A stretch of 64,000 nt of DNA from an uncultured Acidimicrobiales bacterium (GCA_963775125.1 CAVZHQ010000006.1:65663-129662), one strand, 5' to 3'. Shown: positions 23,857 to 33,324, counted from the first letter of the stretch. Translations and numbers: made by a program. Notes: generated from the sequence alone by a model not told the origin.

Positions 23857-24680
23857 TCCCCGTAGCGTTCGACTACAAGCGAGCCGGCTCGGCCGACGAA
23901 GCCCTCGCCCTCCTCGCCGAGTACGGCGACGATTCCAAGCTCATGGCCGGCGGTCACTCGCTGCTGCCGATGATGAAGCTCCGACTGGCCTACCCCGCGG
24001 TGATCATCGACATCGGCCGCCTGAGCGACCTGTCCTACATCAAGGACGCCGGCGATCACCTGGCCATCGGTGCGCTGACCCGGCACCGCGACGTCGAGAT
24101 CTCCGACCTCGTCCGCCAGCACGCCCCGCTTCTGGCCCACGCCACCGGCAAGGTCGGCGATCCCCAGGTCCGTCATCGCGGCACCATCGGCGGCTCACTT
24201 GCTCACGCCGATGCCGCAGCCGATCATCCGTCGGTACTTCTCGCCACCGGCGGTTCCGTGGTGGCCAAGGGCCCGAATGGCGAGCGCGTCATCGAAGGCG
24301 CCGACCTCTTCGCCGGCTTCCTCGAGTCGAGCCTCGAAGCCGATGAACTCATCACCGAGGTTCGCATCCCGAAGCACACCGGTGCGGGCTGGAGCTTCCA
24401 GAAGTTCAACCGTCGGGCCCAGGATTGGGCCATCGTCGGGGCAACCGCTCAGCAGGTCAACGGCTCGGCCCAGGTTGCGTTGGTCAACATGCACCCCACG
24501 CCCATCCGGGCGGCTGCCGTCGAGGCCGCGCTCGCCGGTGGTGCATCGGCGGCCGAGGCCGCCGAACAGGCGCACATCGATCTCGAACCCTCGAGCGATC
24601 TCAACGCCAGTGTCGAATACCGCCAGCACCTCGCCCGGGTCCTCACCCGCCGAGCGCTGCTGGAGGCCGGTATCGCCTGA
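23853..24680 (+). CDS. FAD-binding medium subunit of a molybdopterin dehydrogenase (CoxM-like)
   Basis: GTG at 23853 overlaps the coxS stop (ORF 23532..24680). Contains [33 protein letters not shown] and [17 protein letters not shown]. Confidence 0.9.
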   Translation: MIPVAFDYKRAGSADEALALLAEYGDDSKLMAGGHSLLPMMKLRLAYPAVIIDIGRLSDLSYIKDAGDHLAIGALTRHRDVEISDLVRQHAPLLAHATGKVGDPQVRHRGTIGGSLAHADAAADHPSVLLATGGSVVAKGPNGERVIEGADLFAGFLESSLEADELITEVRIPKHTGAGWSFQKFNRRAQDWAIVGATAQQVNGSAQVALVNMHPTPIRAAAVEAALAGGASAAEAAEQAHIDLEPSSDLNASVEYRQHLARVLTRRALLEAGIA

Positions 24681-24822
24681 GTGAAGCTCCTCGCCGGCTC
24701 CCGCTTCTCGGGAGTCCCACGCGAGGGTCCGTAGGTTTTCAGTGACGTCGGCCACGGGGAGACCCGTGGTCGACGGCGTTTTGGGCTCACGGCCCGGGGA
24801 ACCTCGCCGGTAGCCTGGGCAT

Positions 24823-25137
24823 ATGAAGGAAATTCTCAAGGACCTCGAGCGCTGGAATCGGCAAGGCAAGCGCGTCGCCCTCGCCCGCGTCGTCGACATC
24901 GAAGGGTCGGGCCCGCGCCTACCCGGAGCAGCCATGGCGGTGAACGAGGACGGCGAGGTCGCCGGCTCGGTGTCCGGTGGCTGCGTCGAGGGTGCCGTCG
25001 TCACCGAGGCGCTGCAATGTCTGGCCGACGGATCTCGGCGCATGGTCACCTTCGGGTACAGCGACGATGATGCCTTCGCCGTGGGGCTCACCTGTGGTGG
25101 CACCATCCATCTCTTCCTCGAACCTCTCGATTGGTGA
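24823..25137 (+). CDS. XdhC/CoxI N-terminal domain protein (probably the detached first domain of the next gene)
   Basis: Contains GSGPRLPGAAMAV..DGEVAGSVSGGCVEGAV..DDDAFAVGLTCGGTIHLFLEP. It ends at TGA 25135-25137, overlapping the next ORF in another frame. Confidence 0.75.
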   Translation: MKEILKDLERWNRQGKRVALARVVDIEGSGPRLPGAAMAVNEDGEVAGSVSGGCVEGAVVTEALQCLADGSRRMVTFGYSDDDAFAVGLTCGGTIHLFLEPLDW

Positions 25138-26015
25138 ACCCCGTGCCCGACGCCCCAGACAGCTCCTCCCAGAGCTCTTCTGACAGCTCCTCTCCTCCTG
25201 CGCCGCTGTTCCCCGTCCTGCGCGCCGCCATCAACGCGTCGGAACCGATTGCGTTGGCGACCGTCGTGTCGTTGGCGGATGACGTGGTCGGGGTCACCCT
25301 CGGCGGCAAGCTCCTCCTCCGGCCCGCCACCGAAGCCTTACCCGATGGTTCGTTGGGAACGCTGGGCAACCCCGAGCTCGATCGGGTCGTCGAGCGAGAC
25401 ATGATTGGCGAACTGGCGTCCGGTACATCGGGAGTGCGGCACTACGGCCCCCGCGGCGAAGCCCGCCAAGAGTCGGTCTCGGTGTTCATCGAGTCCTTCG
25501 CTCCACCGCCCCAGATGCTCATCTTCGGCGCCGTCGATTTCACCGCGGCGCTGAGTCGAGTGGCCAAGATCCTCGGCTATCGGGTGACGGTCTGCGACGC
25601 CCGGCCCGTCTTTGCGACGACCCAGCGGTTCCCCTATGCCGACGAAGTCGTCGTCGACTGGCCCCATCGGCTGCTCGAGCGGGTCGGCGGGTCGCTCGGG
25701 TTCCGCGACGCCATCTGCATCCTCACCCACGACCCCAAGTTCGACGTTCCCGCAGTCATCGAGGCCCTGCGGACCAAGGCCGGCTACATCGGGGCGATGG
25801 GCTCACGCCGCACCACCGACGACCGCAACAAGCGCCTGCGCGACGAGGGAGTCACCGACGAGCAACTGGCAACGATCATGGCCCCCATCGGCTTGGACCT
25901 CGGCGCCAGGACCCCGGAGGAGACGGCCATCTCGATCGTCGGCGAGGTCATCGCGTTGCGTTCGGGCCGCATTGCCCCGTCGCTCAGAGACACCGACGGC
26001 GACATCCACCGGTGA
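25131..26015 (+). CDS. XdhC-family molybdenum-cofactor insertion/sulfuration accessory protein
   Basis: Second XdhC_CoxI-like segment plus a Rossmann-like C-domain (MLIFGAVDFTAALSRVAKILGYRVTVCDARPVFA.., YIGAMGSRRT, APIGLDLGARTPEE). Related actinobacterial proteins, as I recall them, carry both N-domains in one chain, so a frameshift near 25131 is likely. Confidence 0.8.
   Translation: MVNPVPDAPDSSSQSSSDSSSPPAPLFPVLRAAINASEPIALATVVSLADDVVGVTLGGKLLLRPATEALPDGSLGTLGNPELDRVVERDMIGELASGTSGVRHYGPRGEARQESVSVFIESFAPPPQMLIFGAVDFTAALSRVAKILGYRVTVCDARPVFATTQRFPYADEVVVDWPHRLLERVGGSLGFRDAICILTHDPKFDVPAVIEALRTKAGYIGAMGSRRTTDDRNKRLRDEGVTDEQLATIMAPIGLDLGARTPEETAISIVGEVIALRSGRIAPSLRDTDGDIHR
25158..25193. repeat. 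12-bp tandem repeat x3 (codes DSSS/QSSS/DSSS in the XdhC linker)
   Basis: Units are gacagctcctcc / cagagctcttct / gacagctcctct. Confidence 0.85.
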
Positions 26016-26081
26016 CCTGACCGGCGATCTTCGGTCACTCGGGGTGCGCCAGAACCTCAGGTTTTCGTCTGAGAGGCCGAT

Positions 26082-28673
26082 TTGTCTTCTGTGGGCAATC
26101 AGGCTCTCGGCCAAACTACGAGTCATCGAGATGTGATCCCCGGCTCCGCGAGAGCTGGGTCGTCGTCCATCTGGCGCCACCTCCGGCTGGGTCAGAAGGT
26201 GACCCTTGCCGTCTTCGCATCGTTCCTGCCCCTGCTGTTCCTGGGCATCCAGGTCGCCAACTATTCCGGGAGCCTGGTGAAGAACCAGACGCTCAACAAT
26301 CTTGGCCTGGTGTCCCAGGTCGAGGCCCGGCGCGTGCAAGGCAACGTCGAAAGCATCACCGACGACATGGACGTCGTCCTGCGGAGCAACTCGGTCACCC
26401 AGGCGTTGCTGAATCAGTCCGACGCCAATCAGGTGGCTGGAAGCAACGAGCAGATACGGCTCCTGTTGGCCGAGACCGCGGTCGAGTTCGAGCCTCAAGG
26501 GATGATCGGCATCGAGCTGCAGGTCGCGGGCGGCACGACCGAACGGGCGGGCGTGTCCCTCAGCCAGCCGACCCGGACCCTCGGGGTTGCCCTGGGAACC
26601 AACGAACTCGTGATCGCTCCCGTCTACTTCGTCGAGGGCCAGCCGCGACTTGCCATCGCTCAACGATTGTTGACCGCGGCGGAGCAGGCATCGCTCAACT
26701 CGTCCAGCCTCAACGCAGGCAGCCTCAATGCACCCAACCTCAATGCGACCGGTCTGAATGCGGGCGGCGGGACCCTGACGAGTTCGTCGGGGTTGGGGAT
26801 CGGAGCGACGCTCATCACCGAGTGGGACCTGCTGGAGGTGCTCGGAACCGGACTCGATGCCGACGAACTCGGCGAAACCATGATTCTCGAAGCCCGCGAG
26901 GACGGGTCACACCAGATCATCTTCTCGACCGCCGAGTCTCGGCTCGGTGATCTGATGACCCTGACCGGGAACCCATCGGTGGGAGAGTCGGCGGTCCACG
27001 AGGTGGCCGGCTTCGATGGGGACCCGGCCATTCAGGCCAGCGCTCGGGTCGACCGGCTGAAATGGATCACCGTCCTGGAGGCGGACCCGGATCAGATCTT
27101 CCAGGACCTCGACCGCATTCGCATCCTGCAGGCCGCGGTCTTCGTCGGTGCCGGGCTGGTGATCATCGGTGTGCTGGTTGCCGCCCTCCGGTCGTTCGTG
27201 CGTCGCCTGGCCACCGTCACCGACCTCGCCGAAGCGATCGCCGACGGCGACCTGACGGTGCGGACGGGGGACAATCGGCTCGATGAGCTCGGCCGGCTTT
27301 CCATGGCGTTCGACGACATGGCCGAGGCCCTCGCCCATGACATCGCCCGTCGGGAGCGGGTCGAGGCCCAACTTGCCTATCAGGCGACCCACGACGCGCT
27401 CACCGGCCTTCCGAACCGCCAGCAGCTGGTCGAGGAACTCGACCGCATGCTGGTGGACTCCGAAGAGCTGGTCAGCGTGCTCTTCGTGGATCTCGACGGC
27501 TTCAAGGCGGTCAACGACCGTCTGGGACACGGCGCCGGCGACGAACTGCTGGTCCGAGTCGGAGACAGGCTCAAGAGCGTGCTGCGTCAGGGCGACTTCG
27601 TCGCCCGTCTCGGTGGCGACGAGTTCGTGGTCGTCCTGCGAGGGCTCGGGCTGCTCGAGGCCGAGCGGATGGCCGAACGCATCGTCGCCGCCTTGGAGCT
27701 CCCGTTCATCGTCAGCGACGACGAATGCAACGTGAGCGCCTCGATCGGCGTGAGTTCAGCCAACGACGAGCGATCGTCGGAACGGCTGATGAAGGAAGCC
27801 GACATCGCCATGTACCGGGCCAAGGCGTTGGGCAAGGGCCGCGCGGTGCGCGTGACTCCCGAGGCCATGAACGAGGTGGACGAGCGGATCTCGGTCCTCG
27901 GCGAACTCCGGGAAGCGGTCAGCAACAAACAGTTCCAGCTGATGCTGTGGCCCATCGGCGACCTGCGGTCGGGGGCCCTGATCGGCATGGAGGCGTCGGT
28001 CCGCTGGCATCACCCGGTCCGCGGCATTCTGACGCCCGCCGATTTCCTGCCGCTGGCCATGAACTCCGGGTTTGCGGCCCAGATCGACGAATGGGTCATC
28101 GGTGCCTGCATCGAACAGATGGCGAGCTGGATGGAAGAGGGCCTACCGGTCCACGACCTCGAACTGGCCTTCAACTTGACGGCCGAGATGTTCCTCGCCC
28201 CGCGTTCGCGTCAAATGATCTCGGCCGAACTGGCCCGGTTCAAGCTGCGGCCTTCCAACTTCCGGGTCGAGGTTCCCGAAACCGTGATGCGGAGCGACGG
28301 CACGTTGCTTCGTGAGGTGTTCGACACCTTCCGGGCGCTCGGTCTCCCCGTCACGATCGACCGCTTCGGCTCGGACTACAGCAACCTGGATCGCTTGCCG
28401 CGCTTCGCCATCGACGCGGTGAAGATCGACTTGAGCCTCATCGCCGACCTGTCCAACCGTCTGTCGAGCCGCGCGCTCGTCAGCTCGCTCATCACCCTCG
28501 CCCAGACCGCCGGGTTGCGGGTCACTGCGGCGGGCATCGACGACGACTTGCTGCGGACCGAGCTGGTCGAACTGGGCTGCGTCGTCGGACAAGGCATGTG
28601 GCTGAGCCCACCGTTGAACGCCGACGAGTTCGCCGACCTGGTTCGGACCCGCTACCTGCTCGAAGCCGGTTAG
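26082..28673 (+). CDS. Membrane sensor protein: extracytoplasmic domain, HAMP, GGDEF (with I-site) and a degenerate EAL
   Basis: Two TM segments and a HAMP domain (AEAIADGDLTVR). The GGDEF domain has RQGD plus 5 residues plus LGGDEF. The EAL-type domain shows MEASVRWHHP, EVPE, DRFGSDYSN, KIDLS, TAAGIDDD and QGMWLSPP. Confidence 0.9.
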   Translation: MSSVGNQALGQTTSHRDVIPGSARAGSSSIWRHLRLGQKVTLAVFASFLPLLFLGIQVANYSGSLVKNQTLNNLGLVSQVEARRVQGNVESITDDMDVVLRSNSVTQALLNQSDANQVAGSNEQIRLLLAETAVEFEPQGMIGIELQVAGGTTERAGVSLSQPTRTLGVALGTNELVIAPVYFVEGQPRLAIAQRLLTAAEQASLNSSSLNAGSLNAPNLNATGLNAGGGTLTSSSGLGIGATLITEWDLLEVLGTGLDADELGETMILEAREDGSHQIIFSTAESRLGDLMTLTGNPSVGESAVHEVAGFDGDPAIQASARVDRLKWITVLEADPDQIFQDLDRIRILQAAVFVGAGLVIIGVLVAALRSFVRRLATVTDLAEAIADGDLTVRTGDNRLDELGRLSMAFDDMAEALAHDIARRERVEAQLAYQATHDALTGLPNRQQLVEELDRMLVDSEELVSVLFVDLDGFKAVNDRLGHGAGDELLVRVGDRLKSVLRQGDFVARLGGDEFVVVLRGLGLLEAERMAERIVAALELPFIVSDDECNVSASIGVSSANDERSSERLMKEADIAMYRAKALGKGRAVRVTPEAMNEVDERISVLGELREAVSNKQFQLMLWPIGDLRSGALIGMEASVRWHHPVRGILTPADFLPLAMNSGFAAQIDEWVIGACIEQMASWMEEGLPVHDLELAFNLTAEMFLAPRSRQMISAELARFKLRPSNFRVEVPETVMRSDGTLLREVFDTFRALGLPVTIDRFGSDYSNLDRLPRFAIDAVKIDLSLIADLSNRLSSRALVSSLITLAQTAGLRVTAAGIDDDLLRTELVELGCVVGQGMWLSPPLNADEFADLVRTRYLLEAG
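26691..26765. repeat. 15-bp tandem repeat x5 inside the sensor domain (SLNSS/SLNAG/SLNAP/NLNAT/GLNAG)
   Basis: Units are tcgctcaactcgtcc / agcctcaacgcaggc / agcctcaatgcaccc / aacctcaatgcgacc / ggtctgaatgcgggc. Confidence 0.9.
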
Positions 28674-28693
28674 ACCGCCAATAGGGTGGGCCG

Positions 28694-29314
28694 GTGACCA
28701 TCGCCGCGCTCATCCTGGCCGCTGGGGGCGGCAGCCGCTTCCACTACGACGAGGGTGATGGGCCGGTCCACAAGCTGCTTGCCCCGCTGCGAGGCAAACC
28801 GGTGATCCGATGGGTGCTCGACGCCGTCGTCGATGCCGGCTTCACCCACATCTACGTGGTCACCGGCGCGGTGGATCTCGGCGGTGTCCTTGACGACGTC
28901 CGTGCCGGCCTGGTGTCGGCGGGGCCGAACCAGCCGGCTCCGGCGACACTGATCGAGGTCCGGGCCGAGGACTGGGCGGACGGTCAGTCCCGGACGCTGC
29001 AGGCCGGCGTCCGCCAAGCCCGGATCGACGACATGCGGGCCGTCGTGGTCGGCCTCGGCGATCAGCCGATGGTGCCGCCGGCTGCGTGGCGGTCGGTTGC
29101 CGCCGCGTCCGGACCGATCGCGATGGCCGAGTTCGACGGCGCCTTGCGGCCACCGGTGAAGCTCGAGCGAGAGGTGTGGGACCTGCTCCCCTCCGACGGT
29201 GACGAAGGGGCCCGCAACCTCATCAAGGCGCGGCCCGACCTCCTTTCCCGGATACCGTGCAGGGGTATTCCCACCGATATCGACACTGCAGAGGATCTGG
29301 CGCGATGGAGCTGA
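28694..29314 (+). CDS. MobA/MocA-like nucleotidyltransferase (molybdenum cofactor cytidylyl/guanylyl-transferase family)
   Basis: GTG at 28694. Contains ALILAAGGGSRF, a GLGDQPMV block and a C-terminal DIDTAEDL. Confidence 0.8.
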   Translation: MTIAALILAAGGGSRFHYDEGDGPVHKLLAPLRGKPVIRWVLDAVVDAGFTHIYVVTGAVDLGGVLDDVRAGLVSAGPNQPAPATLIEVRAEDWADGQSRTLQAGVRQARIDDMRAVVVGLGDQPMVPPAAWRSVAAASGPIAMAEFDGALRPPVKLEREVWDLLPSDGDEGARNLIKARPDLLSRIPCRGIPTDIDTAEDLARWS

Positions 29315-30062
29315 CAAACGAATTCGTCATTGACCGGCCGATCGAAGAGACCTGGACCATCCTCAACGATCTCGAGTTCATCGCCCCGTGCATGCCCGGC
29401 GCTCAGCTCACCGAGATCGAGGGTGATGAGTACCGCGGACAGGTGAAGATCAAGGTGGGCCCCATCACTGCCGCCTACGCAGGCAAGGCCCGCTTCGTCG
29501 AGCAGGATGCCGTCAACCGGGTGGCGAAGCTGAAGGCCGAAGGCCGAGATCCACGGCAGGGCAACGCCAACGCCATGGTCACTGCGTCGATGGTGAGCGC
29601 CGGTGCCGACGCCACAACGGTCACCATCCACACCGATCTGGCGCTCAGCGGAAAGATCGCCAGCTTCGGCCGCGGCGCCATCGAGGACGTCTCGAAGAAG
29701 CTGCTCGGACAGTTCACCAACAACCTCCGCGACAAGCTGGCCGAAGGCGCGAGCCCGGTTCCCGTCGTCGAAACCGCAGCGGCGGCCGCTCCCGCTGCTG
29801 CCTCGGCCGGCACTGGTTCAGCCAGCATGGTTCAGCCAGCACGGGTTCCGAGAGCACGGGTTCCGACAGCACCGCCACCGCAGCCGTTGCGCCCGAGGCT
29901 GCGCCCACGATCCGTAAGATCAATTCGCCGGAGGCGAAGCCAGTCGACATCTTGTCGGTCGCCCCCGACTCGTTGACCAAGAAGGTGCTTCCCGTCCTGG
30001 GTGCGCTCATCGGGCTCCTGATACTGCGGATGCTGTTCCGCGGCCGCGGTTCGTCGGACTGA
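29305..30062 (+). pseudogene. CoxG-family SRPBCC protein with a C-terminal membrane anchor; frameshift at about 29829 as assembled
   Basis: Starts MELTNEFVIDRPIEETWTILNDLEFIAPCMPGA...SGKIASFGRGAIEDVSKKL. After GTGSAS the frame must shift to read GSASTGSESTGSDSTATAAVAPEAAPTIRKINSPEAKPVDILSV..VLPVLGALIGLLILRMLFRGRG, ending at TGA 30060-30062. The first repeat unit is 14 instead of 15 bp. Confidence 0.85.
29815..29873. repeat. 15-bp tandem repeat x4 in the CoxG linker (the first unit is 14 bp and causes the frameshift)
   Basis: Units are ggttcagccagcat / ggttcagccagcacg / ggttccgagagcacg / ggttccgacagcacc. Confidence 0.9.
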
Positions 30063-30076
30063 TCGAACCAGCCCAA

Positions 30077-30586
30077 TTGCACGCCGCCGTGGCCGCCGAC
30101 TCAACCGATGAAGAGCTCGTCGCTCGTCTGTTGGGGCGACGGCCGCTCGGGCGTTTCGACGTCGTGGTCCGACGTGCCGATGGGAGTCCGGTCGTCATCG
30201 AAAACGGTCCGTTCCTGGAATCGGGGCGGCCCATGCCCACCCGATTCTGGTTGGCCGACCGTGCACTGAACCGGGTCATCGGACGTCTCGAGGCCGACCA
30301 CGGGGTCAAGCGAGCCGAGGCCGAACTGGCGCCCGAAGTGATTGCCGAGCTGCATCGCCGCCACGCTGCGCATCGCGAGACGCAACTGCCCGAGGGACAT
30401 CAGGGCCCTCGACCTTCGGGCGGCGTCGGCGGGACTCGACAAGGGCTGAAGTGTCTGCACGCGCACTACGCGAACTACCTCGCGGGCGACGACGATGCCG
30501 TCGGGCGTTGGGTGCACGCCCGGCTGGTCGAGTGGCAGGCCGCGTTCGATCCGGAGGAGCCGGGCATCTGTTCGGATCAGGCATGA
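30077..30586 (+). CDS. DUF501 domain protein
   Basis: ORF 30077..30586. Contains PMPTRFWLADRAL..GGVGGTRQGLKCLHAHYA. It sits in the conserved position before ppx. Confidence 0.8.
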   Translation: MHAAVAADSTDEELVARLLGRRPLGRFDVVVRRADGSPVVIENGPFLESGRPMPTRFWLADRALNRVIGRLEADHGVKRAEAELAPEVIAELHRRHAAHRETQLPEGHQGPRPSGGVGGTRQGLKCLHAHYANYLAGDDDAVGRWVHARLVEWQAAFDPEEPGICSDQA

Positions 30587-30604
30587 TCCCTCGATGAGCC
30601 GGCC

Positions 30605-31633
30605 ATGAGCGACGCGTCACCTTCACCGTCTGAGCAGCGAATGGCGGTCGTCGATCTCGGAACCATCACCACCCGTCTCCTCCTGGCCGAGCCCGGCAGG
30701 GGGCGTCGCCAACGGTTCGCCCCCATCAGCCGCATGGGAGCCGATCTGGGGACGACGGGCCGCCTGTCGAGCGAGGCGCTCGGTCGGGTGAGGGACGCGC
30801 TCGAGGAGCATCGACAGCGCATCGAGGCGTTCGCGCCCGACGCTGTGCGTGTGGTCGCGACTGCGTCTGCCCGTGAAGCCTCCAACCGACACGACCTCTT
30901 CGAGCTGGTCCTCGAGGTGATCGGGGTCGAGACCGAGCTGCTCTCCGGGTCTGACGAGGGGCGCCTCACCTTCGCCGGAGCCGTTGGCTCGCTACCGGCT
31001 TCGGCGCTCCCTGACGGTCCGGGAGTCGGGTATGCCGTGCTCGACATCGGCGGAGGCTCGACCGAGTTCGCCACCGGCGCCGTGGACGGCGGTCTCACCG
31101 GCGTGTTCTCGACCGATATCGGGGCGAGCAAGGTCACGGCACGCTTCCTCCTCCATGACCCTCCGTGGGCCGAAGAGCTGTCCGCCGGCTTGTCGGTCGT
31201 GCAACTCCACCTCGACGACCTCCGTCGCGAGGTCCCCGGCCTCGCCGACACCATTGCCCACGGCACGGTCATCGGCGTGGGGGGCACCCTCACGACGCTG
31301 GCTGCCGTCGAAATGGGCCTCGACCCCTACGACAGTGATCGCGTGCACGGTGCAGTGCTGCACCGCGAGGATGTCGAGGAGGTGTTCCGAATGCTGGCAA
31401 CCGAGTCCCGTGCCGACCGTCTCGCAAATCCGGGTCTGAACGCTGAACGTGTCGACCTGATCGTTGGCGGGTGCGTCATCGTGGTGGAGGCAATGCGACA
31501 TCTCGGCATTGAACGCATCGTGGTCTCCGAGGCCGATCTCATGGATGGATGCCTCACGGAGCGTGGCCCGATGGCTGCCGGGCGCTCGGATTCCGAGCTG
31601 GGGTTGCTCGACCGTGGGCCTCGCTTCTCCTAG
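30605..31633 (+). CDS. Ppx/GppA-family phosphatase (exopolyphosphatase)
   Basis: ORF 30605..31633. Contains VVDLGTITTRLLLAE, VLDIGGGSTEF and GVGGTLTTLAAV. Confidence 0.9.
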   Translation: MSDASPSPSEQRMAVVDLGTITTRLLLAEPGRGRRQRFAPISRMGADLGTTGRLSSEALGRVRDALEEHRQRIEAFAPDAVRVVATASAREASNRHDLFELVLEVIGVETELLSGSDEGRLTFAGAVGSLPASALPDGPGVGYAVLDIGGGSTEFATGAVDGGLTGVFSTDIGASKVTARFLLHDPPWAEELSAGLSVVQLHLDDLRREVPGLADTIAHGTVIGVGGTLTTLAAVEMGLDPYDSDRVHGAVLHREDVEEVFRMLATESRADRLANPGLNAERVDLIVGGCVIVVEAMRHLGIERIVVSEADLMDGCLTERGPMAAGRSDSELGLLDRGPRFS

Positions 31634-32234
31634 TGTTGGCTCCTTGACCACCACGCTCATCGGCCGCCGAATCGTCTTACGACCGCTGCTGGTCGGCGAC
31701 TTCTCCATGTGGCAGGAAGTCCGCCGCCGGAATCGTGACTGGCTGACCAAGTGGGAGCCGTCGCGTCCGCCCGGAGCGCCCGACGTCGTGGAGGACCGCG
31801 GCGCGTTCGCGCTGCGATGTCATGCCCGAGAGCGGGAGTGGCAGCTCGGCAGCGGCTACGGGTTCGGTGTGTTCGTCAACGGAAACTTCGCCGGTGAGAT
31901 CAATCTCAACTCGGTGCAGCGCGGCGCCTTCCAGAGTTCGTACCTCGGCTACTGGATCGACGAGGGTCGGGCAGGCAACAGCTATACCCCCGAAGGCGTC
32001 CTCCTGGTGGTGCGGTTCGCCCTCGAGCAGCTCGGTCTCCACCGGGTGCAGATCTCCATCGTTCCTCGGAACAACGCCTCGCGTCGGGTGGTCGAGAAGC
32101 TTGGCGTCCGATCCGAGGGCGTTGCGGTCCGCTATCTCGAGATCAACGGGACCTGGGAGGACCACATCCGGTTCGCGATCACGTCGGAGGAGTGGGCCGA
32201 TCGTAAGGCAGAACTGGAAGCGGAGTGGCTCTGA
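31614..32234 (+). CDS. GNAT-family N-acetyltransferase (RimJ/RimL-like)
   Basis: Within ORF 31464..32234, starting at GTG 31614 (or TTG 31644). Contains RIVLRPLLVGDF, GYWIDEGRAGNSYTPEG and LGLHRVQISIVPRNNASRRVVEKLG. Confidence 0.8.
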   Translation: MGLASPSVGSLTTTLIGRRIVLRPLLVGDFSMWQEVRRRNRDWLTKWEPSRPPGAPDVVEDRGAFALRCHAREREWQLGSGYGFGVFVNGNFAGEINLNSVQRGAFQSSYLGYWIDEGRAGNSYTPEGVLLVVRFALEQLGLHRVQISIVPRNNASRRVVEKLGVRSEGVAVRYLEINGTWEDHIRFAITSEEWADRKAELEAEWL

Positions 32235-32704
32235 CCCAGCAGTTCTGGCTGATGAAGTCCGAGCCCGACGAATTGTCGATCGATGACCTCGCGGCCGAAC
32301 CGGCACGGGTGTTCCACTGGGATGGCGTGCGGAATTTTCGAGCTCGGAACTGGCTCAGCGACATGGCCGACGGCGACCGGTTCTTCTTCGCCCATTCGAG
32401 CTGCAAGGTCCCGGGCGTTGCCGGTATCGGCCGGATCGTGGGTGACGCCCATCCCGACCCGGCGCAGTTCGACTCCGACAGCGCCTACTTCGACGCGAAG
32501 GCGACCATCGACCAGCCTCGCTGGGTGTGCCGGGATGTGACCTTCGTCGAACGTTTCGCCGAGGTACTGACCCTGGCCGAACTACGGTTGCACGCCGCCG
32601 AGTTCGGCCACTTCCATCTCCTGCAGAAGGCCAACCGACTCAGCGTCATGCCGGTCAGCGAGCCGCAGTGGAACCTCGTGCTCTCGTTGGCTGTCCGCGG
32701 GTAG
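32225..32704 (+). CDS. EVE (PUA-like) domain protein
   Basis: ORF 32225..32704, overlapping the GNAT gene by 10 nt. Contains FWLMKSEPDELSIDDL, WDGVRNFRARNWL, FFFAHSS and GVAGIGRIV. Confidence 0.8.
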   Translation: MALTQQFWLMKSEPDELSIDDLAAEPARVFHWDGVRNFRARNWLSDMADGDRFFFAHSSCKVPGVAGIGRIVGDAHPDPAQFDSDSAYFDAKATIDQPRWVCRDVTFVERFAEVLTLAELRLHAAEFGHFHLLQKANRLSVMPVSEPQWNLVLSLAVRG

Positions 32705-32739
32705 ATCGACCGCAGGATCAGAACAGGGTCGACGCAGGA

Positions 32740-33240
32740 TCAGCGCAGGTCGACCAGGTTGGTCCTGGCCGAATGCGCCATCGCGGTGCGGCTGTAGATC
32801 GCCCCCATCACTCGGTGTCCGAGATCGCGTAGGGTGGTCGCAAGGGTGTCGACGTGGCGATCGTCGTCGGGAAGGTCCTGCTGGAAGGCCCAGATCGCGA
32901 TGGATTTGGACAGCCGTTCGGCCTCGTTTGCCGGAACCGAGATGAAACGTCGCGACTCTTCGAAGCCGAACTGGTGCTCGGTGAGGAAGTGCTTGAGCAG
33001 CGCGACCTGCACCGGTTCATCGGCCGAGACCGGGATGTCGAGCCACGTCTCGGCCAAGTGGACCCGTGGCGCCGGCTGAGCCATGAGCTCCTGGTCGAAG
33101 CCATTGTCGAGGGGAGTCAGGCAGTCGGGACAGGTCGTGATCCACGGGAGGAAGACCCGGCCGCATTCGCCACATCCCTTGTTGTCCTCGTCGGATCCGC
33201 TGCCTCGTGGTCCTGCAGACTTCCGGGGGTCTTCGGTCAT
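32740..33240 (-). CDS. Hypothetical protein with an N-terminal zinc-ribbon motif
   Basis: ORF 32740..33240. CGECGRVFLPWITTCPDC forms a CxxC..CxxC ribbon. The rest is not recognisable. Confidence 0.55.
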   Translation of the reverse strand: MTEDPRKSAGPRGSGSDEDNKGCGECGRVFLPWITTCPDCLTPLDNGFDQELMAQPAPRVHLAETWLDIPVSADEPVQVALLKHFLTEHQFGFEESRRFISVPANEAERLSKSIAIWAFQQDLPDDDRHVDTLATTLRDLGHRVMGAIYSRTAMAHSARTNLVDLR

Positions 33241-33324
33241 ATGAACTGCATCGGTCGAAGTGGTCCCGATCTAAAGCGCGAAGGCTGGACGAAGTGGCAG
33301 TGGGGGAACCATTAGGCTGCACCG

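Noticed and set aside
24752-24782. A hairpin (ccacggg-gaga-cccgtgg) followed by TTTT, as a terminator after coxM.
   Set aside because: The stem is only 7 bp and the T-run is 10 nt away. This is too weak to call without transcript data.
23234-30062. The CoxSM/XdhC/GGDEF/MocA/CoxG block as a mobile genomic island.
   Set aside because: I saw no integrase, transposase, tRNA target or flanking direct repeats, and base composition looks like the surroundings. I keep it as a lineage-specific insertion or rearrangement, not as a mobile element.
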